Position numbers and translations under genes: made by a program. A stretch of 51,534 bases of DNA from Limosilactobacillus gorillae (GTDB lineage Bacteria; Verrucomicrobiota; Kiritimatiellia; RFP12; UBA1067). The stretch lies in assembly GCA_963653155.1 (NCBI GenBank), contig CAVJWR010000007.1, forward strand, positions 1 through 51,534, in the 5' to 3' direction. Below are positions 1 to 7,498 of this stretch, one piece after another. Below the pieces are notes generated by a model that had not been told where the DNA came from, searched no databases, and saw only the letters and a list, made by a program, of their open reading frames with translations. Within the stretch, counting starts at the first letter, position 1. Each line of letters opens with the position of its first letter.

Positions 1-712
1 GGTCGTAGCGGAAGATGTCGCTGAGCGGGTCGAGCACCATGCCGCGCCCGTGCATCTTGAGGCCCCTCGCGGTGATCTTGAGACGGGCGTTAAGGACGGA
101 ACCCGGCGCGAGATAGATTTCCTTCAAGTCCTTCGGCGTTTCGAGGAAGCCGTCCGCGCCAGGCGCATCGACCCAACCCTCGACGAACAGCACACCCGGT
201 GTCCCCTTCTGCGGAATATCGTCAGCCTTCTCGGGAGCATCCGCAAAGACGGAGAGGATCGTCTTGTCGTAGTCGTTGAGTTGGATGCCGAAATATACGG
301 GGCGATCCAGCCACACGGAAATCACTCCGTCCCTAAAGGCGCTCTTCAATTTGTGCCGAGAGGGAAACACCTTGTAGGAAGAAACGTCACGTGAAACGCT
401 GATGTCCACACGCACGGGAGCTCCGGCAAAGGCAAATTCGCAGAAGCGCCGGTTCACGTCCCCACCACGGGTCCGTCTGTTAAGAATGGACTTCTCGCAG
501 TGGTTGTAGACTACGAGCGGACGGCGCACACCCAACTGCTCCACCTGCACCTCATACTCCGCGTCGCGCGTGATTGCCGCCGGGTATTCCGGGTAGACCA
601 CCACATGCGCATCCGTCTCGCGCACACTAAGGTCGGCGACGTTCCAGACGTTTGTCCCCGCGAAAAGGCTTCCCGCCGCAACGCACCCCACCAGAATGAC
701 ATTAAGTTCCAT
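1..712 (-). CDS. Secreted hypothetical protein, N-terminal 237 codons (3' end lies beyond the left window edge); possibly a beta-helix glycosidase-like protein
   Basis: Not in the ORF track because no stop lies inside the window. Manual reverse-complement translation from ATG 712..710 gives MELNVILVGCVAAGSLFAGTNVWNVADLSVRETDAHVVVYPEYPAAITRDAEYEVQVEQLGVRRPLVVYNHCEK...IYLAPGSVLNARLKITARGLKMHGRGMVLDPLSDIFRYD, with no stop down to base 1. The N-terminus is hydrophobic and signal-like. The family assignment is a guess. Confidence 0.6.
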   Translation of the reverse strand, partial: MELNVILVGCVAAGSLFAGTNVWNVADLSVRETDAHVVVYPEYPAAITRDAEYEVQVEQLGVRRPLVVYNHCEKSILNRRTRGGDVNRRFCEFAFAGAPVRVDISVSRDVSSYKVFPSRHKLKSAFRDGVISVWLDRPVYFGIQLNDYDKTILSVFADAPEKADDIPQKGTPGVLFVEGWVDAPGADGFLETPKDLKEIYLAPGSVLNARLKITARGLKMHGRGMVLDPLSDIFRYD

Positions 713-857
713 GGCCATATGATAGCATAAAGCCAACTGTTTTGTCACACATCCTCAATTTTGTCCGACTTCATCGCCCGTCTCCTTGTGCGACAAGGGG
801 CTTCACCGGCGCGTTGTCGGCTATCTCCAGACGGGATGCCAAAGGCAGGCTCATGCC

Positions 858-2210
858 CTATTCCGGCTTCACGTAGTAGTAGTCACCATCAAGATGCCTG
901 AACGGCAGGGTCGAGAAGTCGTTCGTCGACATGCCGGGGGACATGCAGAAGATCTGCGAGGCGGCGAGTTCCGCCGCGCCCGGCCAGAGGTAGCCCTGCT
1001 TGACGATCACGACGTCATAGTCCTTCACGTCGATATTCATCGCCGCGAAATGCTCCTTCATCGTGAACGACGTGCGGACGGTCGAATATACTATATCGAC
1101 GTTGCCGTCCCGCACGACCACGCCCTCGCCAGCCTCTTCACCGACGAAGCCAAGGATCTTGCCGCGTCCGACCGCACGATCCGCGAACTTCGCCACGGCC
1201 TCCGGATCGCACAGCGACGTGAAAAGCGTCTTCAGTCCCGTGCCCTTGAATACCTTCACGAGGCAGTCGCTCGTCCCCGCCGCGCCAGCCGTCGTGTTGT
1301 CGCCGGAATCGCTCACGAACACCGGCTTCGCCATCGTCCGCGCCGCATCCGGTGTCTTTTCGGGCGCAAGCGCCGGCACACCGAACGTGAGATCGGTCTT
1401 GTGCGCCTCGAAATAGTCGGCGATTGCCTTCGTCTTCGCCTCAATCGCCTCGTGGCCGTCCTTCGAGTAGACAACCACCGACGCGCCCATGAATGGCGCA
1501 TCGACCCACGGCTGCCCGTTGAAGACGTTCGCAGACACGATGCGCGAATCCCTGTCGAGTTCGCGCACCATCTTGAGAATCGATACATACGGCTCGACGC
1601 TCGTCTGCGCGGCGTCCGCGAACTGCACACGGATGCGGAAGAAATGGGGTCGGGTAGGGGGAATTGCGGGTTGCTTCGCGTCTCTCAACTTCTCAACCTC
1701 CAACACCTTCATCAGCGCCACAGCTGCACGCGTTTCGGCCTCGTCGTAGTCGGTGTGCGGGGCCGTGCGGTAGCCGCTGATCGCCTGCACCTGCGCGACA
1801 AGCCCCTCCGAGACGTTCGCGTGGAAGTCGAGGTCAAGCGAGATCGGAATCGCCTCGCCGACCGTCTTGCGTAGCTCGCGAACAGTCAGCTCCTCGCCGC
1901 TGAATCCGCCCTCCACGCACATCGCGCCGTGCAGGTAGAGGTAGATGCCGTCCGCATCGGGATGCTTCGCGGCCTCGGCGCGGAAATCGGACATTATCTC
2001 GTCGAAACACGCCCTCGTGACGTAGCCTGACGGCAGGCTGACCGCATAGACGAGCGGCACGACCTCGTACCCGGCCTCCTCGAAGAGGTGCGAGGCGAAA
2101 AGCCTCCGCTTCGCCTCTTCGCCCTTGAGGTAGTAGAAGTCGCCCTTCTCCGCTTTCGTGGCGGAGAAGGTGTTCGACTCGCACTGAAATGCGCCAACGA
2201 GAATCTTCAT
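858..2210 (-). CDS. M81 family metallopeptidase (MlrC / microcystinase C-like)
   Basis: 450-aa ORF. The N-terminus MKILVGAFQCESNTFS..., the length and the two-domain layout are typical of MlrC-type proteins. Recognised by eye only. Confidence 0.8.
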   Translation of the reverse strand: MKILVGAFQCESNTFSATKAEKGDFYYLKGEEAKRRLFASHLFEEAGYEVVPLVYAVSLPSGYVTRACFDEIMSDFRAEAAKHPDADGIYLYLHGAMCVEGGFSGEELTVRELRKTVGEAIPISLDLDFHANVSEGLVAQVQAISGYRTAPHTDYDEAETRAAVALMKVLEVEKLRDAKQPAIPPTRPHFFRIRVQFADAAQTSVEPYVSILKMVRELDRDSRIVSANVFNGQPWVDAPFMGASVVVYSKDGHEAIEAKTKAIADYFEAHKTDLTFGVPALAPEKTPDAARTMAKPVFVSDSGDNTTAGAAGTSDCLVKVFKGTGLKTLFTSLCDPEAVAKFADRAVGRGKILGFVGEEAGEGVVVRDGNVDIVYSTVRTSFTMKEHFAAMNIDVKDYDVVIVKQGYLWPGAAELAASQIFCMSPGMSTNDFSTLPFRHLDGDYYYVKPE

Positions 2211-2225
2211 GGTTGTTCCCGATAA

Positions 2226-2311
2226 TTTTTAACACAGAGACACGGTGGCTCAGAGAGGTCACCTACCTTTCGTTCTTTGTGTCTCTGTGACTTTGTGCCT
2301 CTGTGTTAAAA
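2226..2311. repeat. Intercistronic inverted/direct repeat element with alternative pairings
   Basis: TTTTTAACACAGAGACAC (2226-2243) is complementary to GTGCCTCTGTGTTAAAA (2295-2311) with one mismatch. Its core CACAGAGACAC is also perfectly complementary to GTGTCTCTGTG (2279-2289). Confidence 0.7.
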
Positions 2312-2319
2312 CCTAAAGA

Positions 2320-3492
2320 TCACAGCGGCTTCGAAAAGTACTCGTCCATTTTCGGGGACATCGGCCTGCAGCCGTTTTCCGTGATGATGTAGCCCGTCTC
2401 GATGCGTGCGCCGTTGAACTTCGGATGTCCGAAGAAGCTTACGTCGACCATGACCGTCATGCCGGGCGCCAGCACGTCCTCAGAATTCGGCCCGTAGAAC
2501 GGCAGTTCCGCCTCCATGAGACCGATCGTGTGCGCGAACGGGCAGACAAGGTACTTGAAGAGGTCGTGCTTCTTGAAGTATTCGCGGCCGGGCACGTCAA
2601 TCTCCTTGCCGGAGACGCCGGGCTTCAGCATTCCCTTCGTGAGCCACATCACCTCGCGCAGGTGGTTCATGCAGTCCTTCTGGTCCTGCGTGAAGACGCC
2701 GTTCACGGGAAGCGTGTCGCCGAAGGTGCCCGCGTAGCCGTTGAAGCGCGGCGCGATGCCGACCATGACGAGTTCGCCGTCCTGCATTTGCCGGTTCGTG
2801 GCTGTCGGGACGACCGCGTTCGCACGCTCGCCCGAACCCACGATGGTGGAGTACGCAAAACTCGTCGCACCATTTGCGCGGCAGACCGCCTCGCCCGCCG
2901 CCGCAACCTCGAACTCAAACGCGCCCGGACGAATCTTCGCCCGCATCGCGTCATAGGCGAGATCGCAGAGGCCGACTGCCTTGAGCATGTTCTCGCGCTC
3001 CCAGTCGCTCTTGTACGCGCGCATCGCCTCGTAGTCGGACGTGATGTCCACGAGTTCGACGCCCGCGAAGCCCTTCTGGAAGTCCAGATAGACCTGGTGC
3101 GGTAGCGCGGCTGTGCCGACGAGGCCAATACGCTTCAGCGGCATGCCGGCTGCGGACATCTCCTTGTAGAGGTCCTCGAAGCCGATGATGTGTGCATTCG
3201 GGTACTCTTCCTCCGGCACCATGAACACCGGGAAGCAGCGGATCTTCTTGATTGCCGAGCTCTGGAGCGCAAACGGCTCGGACTCCGGTCCGCCGAGAAG
3301 CCACGGTTCGCCCTTGCGCGGCACGAACACGGAGCCTTTCTCGAACTGGCCACACCAGCCGGTCAGGTACCAGCCATTGGCGATGTTGAGCTCGTCGAAG
3401 TAGACGAGCGCGGCATCAAGGTTTTTCTTTTCGAGGATCGCCTGCACGGCGGCGATCCGCTTGTTGGTTTCAGATTGGTTGTAGTATGACAT
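2320..3492 (-). CDS. M24 family metallopeptidase (Xaa-Pro aminopeptidase / creatinase-like)
   Basis: 390-aa ORF with a creatinase/prolidase-like N-domain followed by a pita-bread catalytic domain pattern (..GELVMVGIAPRFNGYAGTFGDT.., ..FAHTIGLMEAE..). Confidence 0.8.
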   Translation of the reverse strand: MSYYNQSETNKRIAAVQAILEKKNLDAALVYFDELNIANGWYLTGWCGQFEKGSVFVPRKGEPWLLGGPESEPFALQSSAIKKIRCFPVFMVPEEEYPNAHIIGFEDLYKEMSAAGMPLKRIGLVGTAALPHQVYLDFQKGFAGVELVDITSDYEAMRAYKSDWERENMLKAVGLCDLAYDAMRAKIRPGAFEFEVAAAGEAVCRANGATSFAYSTIVGSGERANAVVPTATNRQMQDGELVMVGIAPRFNGYAGTFGDTLPVNGVFTQDQKDCMNHLREVMWLTKGMLKPGVSGKEIDVPGREYFKKHDLFKYLVCPFAHTIGLMEAELPFYGPNSEDVLAPGMTVMVDVSFFGHPKFNGARIETGYIITENGCRPMSPKMDEYFSKPL

Positions 3493-3630
3493 AGTAGTAG
3501 GTTTTAGCTTGGAGCTTTGAGCTTTTAGCTTTTAGTTGGTAGTTGGTAGTGGTAGGTTTCAAATCATAAAATGACTAAATGGCAAAATGCAATCGTAAAT
3601 CGCAAATCGTAAATCATAAATCATAAAGAT
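3492..3630. repeat. Intergenic region built from three blocks of phased heptanucleotide repeats
   Basis: 3505-3532: TAGCTTG GAGCTTT GAGCTTT TAGCTTT. 3533-3553: TAGTTGG TAGTTGG TAGTGGT, which contains TTGGTAG, the reverse complement of CTACCAA. 3589-3630: GCAATCG TAAATCG CAAATCG TAAATCA TAAATCA TAAAGAT. Blocks A and B are flanked by the direct repeat TAGT[A/G]GTAGGTTT (3492-3504 and 3547-3559). Confidence 0.85.
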
Positions 3631-3631
3631 T

Positions 3632-3991
3632 TCAGCAGGAGAAGCCCTGCACGGGATAGTACGCCATGTCTTTCCGGCGGTCGAGGCGTCCGTAGACGGC
3701 GACGACTGGCACATCAGACTCAAGGATCGTCGCGGTCTGTCCCGGCCCAAGCTGGAACTTCTCGTCGCCGAGCGGATAGTCCATGCGAAAGCACTTGACG
3801 CGCCGCGCTGGCACGTGCAGCGTGATGTCCTCTTTCGGATCCTTGTCGTCGAAAAGAATCGTGACCTTGATCGTCGCGTCCTTCTCGCCGTTGTTTACAA
3901 CCATAAGGGCCTCATGTCCGAACGGCTCCGAATCACCGTGCGGCGGCAGGTCGCCATCCGAGAACACCCATGTTTTCTTTCCGATTTCCAT
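3632..3991 (-). CDS. Sensory rhodopsin transducer (ASRT) family protein
   Basis: 119 aa. It aligns by eye with Anabaena ASRT / Thermotoga TM1070-type proteins: W-x-F-x-DG-x-LPPHG..EPF-x-HE..VVNNG..DA..V-TI-x-F-DDKDP...L-x-VPARR...R and ..SDVPVV.....RLDRR. An SD-like AAGGAAGGA lies upstream of the ATG. Confidence 0.75.
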   Translation of the reverse strand: MEIGKKTWVFSDGDLPPHGDSEPFGHEALMVVNNGEKDATIKVTILFDDKDPKEDITLHVPARRVKCFRMDYPLGDEKFQLGPGQTATILESDVPVVAVYGRLDRRKDMAYYPVQGFSC

Positions 3992-4099
3992 TGCTAAAGT
4001 CCTTCCTTGGCCTTGCGCCTCTTTTCAAACAACGCCCGCAATTGTACACTTGCGCACCATCCGTTTCAATTGCACTGTTTGCCGTTTCAGATAGACATT

Positions 4100-4137
4100 T
4101 TGCAACTGGGACGTGACCATGTGATATACTTTCCGCC
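4100..4137 (+). promoter_or_regulatory. Sigma70-type promoter, extended -10, leaderless geometry (XylR-like gene)
   Basis: TTGCAA at 4100-4105. TGaTATACT at 4122-4130. Only 7 nt separate the -10 from ATG 4138, and there is no SD. Confidence 0.45.
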
Positions 4138-5355
4138 ATGAAGATGACGCAAACACCGAAAGTCGGAATCCTGGTGGAGATCACGCGTGAATTCGGACGC
4201 GGCATATGTCGAGGCATATCCGAGCTTGCGCGGGAGACCGGCTCATTCATCCCGTATCTCATAGATGCGTCCGCGCTGCGCAAGCCAGATGAATTGCGCG
4301 GATACGACGGGTTCGTGGCCCGCGTCATGAATGACCGCATCGCTGCGACGCTCGCCGCAACTGGTCGCCCCATTGTGGATGTCTATTACGATCGCCCACG
4401 TGATGGTTTCGCCATCGTGAAGACGCGGCACTCGCGCATCGGTACGCTCGCCGCCGAACACTTCCTTGAACGCCGTTTCAGGAATTTCGCCTTCTGCGGC
4501 TTTGCCGGTGGGCGGTTCTCGGCGTATTGCCGGGCGGCCTTCACCCGTGCGTTGGCCAAGCACGGAATAAAATGCGCAAACTACGATCCTGATCCTGCGG
4601 CCCACTATGCCTTCAGCCCACAGGTGCTGATCAACGAACAGATGCGGCCAGCGCCGGACGCATCCGCACTCGCACGCTGGCTTAGACAGTTGCCCAAGCC
4701 CATCGCCATATTCTGTCCGAACGACCTTCGCGCATGGCAGCTCGTGCATATCTGCAAGCAGCGCAAAATAGCAGTGCCTCGTGAAGTCGCCATCCTCGGC
4801 CTCGACAACGACATTCTCGTATGCGGCCTGTCCAACCCAATGATCTCAAGCATAGACCCCGACGCCGAAGCCATCGGGCGGTGCGCGGCGACCACGCTCC
4901 TCCAGCTCATGGGCGACCAGCATTTCTCCACGAAACGGATCGTGCGGCAGGTAGATCCAATCGGCGTAATTGAACGCACCTCAACGGAGGTCTACCCTAT
5001 CGAGCCTCAGTGGATTTCGGATGCGCTCGTATTCATGAACCGCAACATTTCCCGCAACCTCACTGCATCAGACATATACCGTCAAGTGGGATTGTCACAC
5101 ACGCAAGTGGACAAGGTCTTCCGATCAAGGCTCGGCACGTCGGTACAGGGCGAGATCGCCACCATGCGGCTTGAACGCGCACAGCATCTTCTGACCTCAT
5201 CCACACTCTCCATAGCGGAAATCGCCCCCAAATGCGGATTCTCCACACCGCAGTACCTGATAAGGAGCTTCACGAAAAGGTTTGGGATATCCCCCGCCGC
5301 CTGGCGCACCAAAGCCGTTTTGGCACGAAAAAGGATCGACAGCAAATTCACGTAA
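4138..5355 (+). CDS. XylR-type transcriptional regulator (LacI/periplasmic-binding-like sensor domain plus AraC-family HTH)
   Basis: 405 aa. The N-terminal ~270 aa resemble a sugar-binding PBP/LacI-type fold (VGILVEITREFGRGI..., ..IAIFCPNDLRAWQ.., ..VAILGLDND..). The C-terminus is an AraC HTH (..LTASDIYRQVGLSHTQVDKVFRSRLG.., ..GFSTPQYLIRSFTKRFGISPAAWR). Confidence 0.85.
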   Translation: MKMTQTPKVGILVEITREFGRGICRGISELARETGSFIPYLIDASALRKPDELRGYDGFVARVMNDRIAATLAATGRPIVDVYYDRPRDGFAIVKTRHSRIGTLAAEHFLERRFRNFAFCGFAGGRFSAYCRAAFTRALAKHGIKCANYDPDPAAHYAFSPQVLINEQMRPAPDASALARWLRQLPKPIAIFCPNDLRAWQLVHICKQRKIAVPREVAILGLDNDILVCGLSNPMISSIDPDAEAIGRCAATTLLQLMGDQHFSTKRIVRQVDPIGVIERTSTEVYPIEPQWISDALVFMNRNISRNLTASDIYRQVGLSHTQVDKVFRSRLGTSVQGEIATMRLERAQHLLTSSTLSIAEIAPKCGFSTPQYLIRSFTKRFGISPAAWRTKAVLARKRIDSKFT

Positions 5356-5372
5356 ACTCCATAATGCCTTTG

Positions 5373-5389
5373 TGCTATAATCACGCGCC
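5373..5389 (+). promoter_or_regulatory. Extended -10 promoter, leaderless geometry (murC-murB)
   Basis: TGcTATAAT at 5373-5381, then 8 nt to GTG 5390. There is no SD. Confidence 0.4.
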
Positions 5390-7492
5390 GTGATTGGACA
5401 AAGGAAATATCATTTTACGGGGATAGGCGGCGTTGGCATGGCAGGCGTCGCATTTCTCCTGAAGAAAAGCGGTTGCGACGTATCCGGCTGCGACCTCCAC
5501 TCCACGCCAAGGACAAGATGGCTGGAGGCAAACGGCGTACATGTCGATGTGGGGCACTCGCCGGAACACATCACCCCAGACACCGACGTATGCGTATTTA
5601 CGCCAGCAGTCCAGAAAACCAACCTGGAATTTATCGCCGCGCAATCGCTTGCGGAACGAGACTCGGACGCCCCAGCCGGCGCACCTGCGAGGCATGAGGT
5701 CAAATACCGTGGCGAAGTGCTTGCCGAGCTGTTTAACGCATCAGACGGCATAGCGGTATGCGGCACACACGGCAAGACGACCACCGCAACCTTCATCGCA
5801 AAGCTTCTTCGTGCGCTTGGCGACGACCCATCGTGGTGCATCGGCGGCGAAACTGGCGATTTCCCAGTGGCGGGCGTAGGCTCCGGCAAGTTCGTCATAG
5901 AGGCCGACGAGTCGGACGGCACCCTCGCACTCTACCGCGCCTCCATACTTGTCGTCACATCGCTCGAATACGACCACCCCGACCATTTCAAGACATATGC
6001 CGACTACCTTGACTGCTACAAGAAGGCGATGTCTGCCGCCAAATGCGTAATCGAGTCCGCAAAGCTCAACGTCGAGGACTGGCCTGAACTGCGTGGACTT
6101 GTGCTCGGCGAACACAACGTACGCAATGCGCGTACCGCCATCGAAGTGGCGCTACGGCTCGGCCATACGCATGACAAAATATCGTCCGCATTGCCGCAAG
6201 TACTGTCATCGCTGCCAGACCGACGGTTTGAGCGGATATGGCCGCAGGGGTTCTCGACGAACCATGCATCCTCCGATGCGCCGATTTTCATATTTACGGA
6301 CTATGCGCACCACCCTACGGAGATATCATGCGCCATCTCAATGGCGAAGGCCCTCAAGCCAAAACGCCTACGGGTTATGTTCCAACCTCATCGGTATTCA
6401 CGAACAAAGGCATTGCTGAACGAATTCCCGTCCGCATTATCAGGCGCGGATGAAGTTGTGCTGATCCCCGTATATCCGGCATTTGAGGAACCGATCCTAG
6501 GCGGAGACATTGCCGACCTGTACCTTGCGTTCAGAAAGGCAAGGCCGGACAACGTTGGCGACCTGATACTTTCCCGTAATGCGGAAGAGGCGTGGCGGCA
6601 CATGTTCCTGTCCGCCAAAGAAGGTGACCTCATAATGGTCCTTGGGGCCGGCGACCTTATCGACCTTGTTCCTCAGATCGTCAATGACATGCGTTCGATA
6701 GGTAACGGCAAGCCACAAAACGGTGTCCACGAGAAGATAGACCTTTCAAGACTGTCTCTATTCCGCACTGGCGGCATTTCCTACGGAAACCTAATTCAAG
6801 GCCTTGTCGCCCCAAGCAACAGCAAACACGGAAGCGTAATCGTAGGCGGCGGCTCGAACATCTGGTTCAGCGACTGCACCACAAATTGCGACATCGTAAA
6901 GGCTCCCGCCGAATGCGGCGCGGCGAAGCCTGGATCATCACTTTTGTCGAATCATCCAGAACTTGCGTTCATGGCAGGAATCCCCGGGACTGTTGGCGGA
7001 TGGGCCAAGATGAACGCAGGCGCATTCGGGGACAGTTTCGGGAGCCACATCGAATACGTAATCGCGGATGGACGGAAGATCCTTGCCAAAGACTGTGGAT
7101 TCGGATACCGCAAATCATCCATATCCGGTCTGATAACGGAAGTCGCGCTAAAAGCCTCTTGCGTAAACGGCGGCGAAGACCAGAACACGGCACAATCCTT
7201 AGATGCCGCACACTACATCGCCAAACGGCACAGGTTTCCGCCTCGCACATGCGGCAGCGTATTCAAGAACCCTTCGCCACAGCAACCTGCCGGCAAACTC
7301 CTTGAGGCCGCAGGCGCCAAATCCCTCAAAGTCGGCGGCGCGTACGTATGGAGCGGACACGCAAACGTAATCGTAGCGGGCGACGGGTGTACGTCGTCGG
7401 ATATACTCGCCCTTGCCAGGCTGATGGCCGCGCTGGTCCGCAGCAGATTCGGAATTACCCTCGTCCCGGAAATAGCCGGGCTTGAGGTGTAG
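5390..7492 (+). CDS. murC: Fused UDP-N-acetylmuramate--L-alanine ligase (MurC, about aa 1-450) and UDP-N-acetylenolpyruvoylglucosamine reductase (MurB, about aa 455-700)
   Basis: MurC motifs: YHFTGIGGVGMAGVAFLL, GTHGKTTTATFIA, DYAHHPTEI. C-terminal MurB motifs: LFRTGG, VGGGSNIWF, GIPGTVGGWAKMNAGAFG, FGYRKS, CGSVFKNP..PAGKLLEAAG, GHANVIV. The GTG start at 5390 is needed to keep the conserved N-terminal Rossmann motif. Confidence 0.85.
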   Translation: MIGQRKYHFTGIGGVGMAGVAFLLKKSGCDVSGCDLHSTPRTRWLEANGVHVDVGHSPEHITPDTDVCVFTPAVQKTNLEFIAAQSLAERDSDAPAGAPARHEVKYRGEVLAELFNASDGIAVCGTHGKTTTATFIAKLLRALGDDPSWCIGGETGDFPVAGVGSGKFVIEADESDGTLALYRASILVVTSLEYDHPDHFKTYADYLDCYKKAMSAAKCVIESAKLNVEDWPELRGLVLGEHNVRNARTAIEVALRLGHTHDKISSALPQVLSSLPDRRFERIWPQGFSTNHASSDAPIFIFTDYAHHPTEISCAISMAKALKPKRLRVMFQPHRYSRTKALLNEFPSALSGADEVVLIPVYPAFEEPILGGDIADLYLAFRKARPDNVGDLILSRNAEEAWRHMFLSAKEGDLIMVLGAGDLIDLVPQIVNDMRSIGNGKPQNGVHEKIDLSRLSLFRTGGISYGNLIQGLVAPSNSKHGSVIVGGGSNIWFSDCTTNCDIVKAPAECGAAKPGSSLLSNHPELAFMAGIPGTVGGWAKMNAGAFGDSFGSHIEYVIADGRKILAKDCGFGYRKSSISGLITEVALKASCVNGGEDQNTAQSLDAAHYIAKRHRFPPRTCGSVFKNPSPQQPAGKLLEAAGAKSLKVGGAYVWSGHANVIVAGDGCTSSDILALARLMAALVRSRFGITLVPEIAGLEV

Positions 7493-7498
7493 CTCTTC

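Noticed and set aside
50-394. The + strand 114-aa ORF at the left edge.
   Set aside because: It is fully contained in the better-supported - strand ORF 1-712 (signal peptide, plausible globular sequence, open to the window edge). It has a GTG start, no SD and an Arg-rich product.
786-1874. Long ORFs antisense to confident genes, for example 786-1874, 8597-9970, 14297-15031, 17869-18936, 24998-26182, 33479-34576, 34305-35489, 35648-36748, 37619-38323 and 48984-49823.
   Set aside because: These are mirror-strand ORFs typical of GC-rich DNA. Their products are Arg/His/Pro-rich and low-complexity with no recognisable motifs, and each is fully overlapped by a gene with clear family signatures on the other strand.
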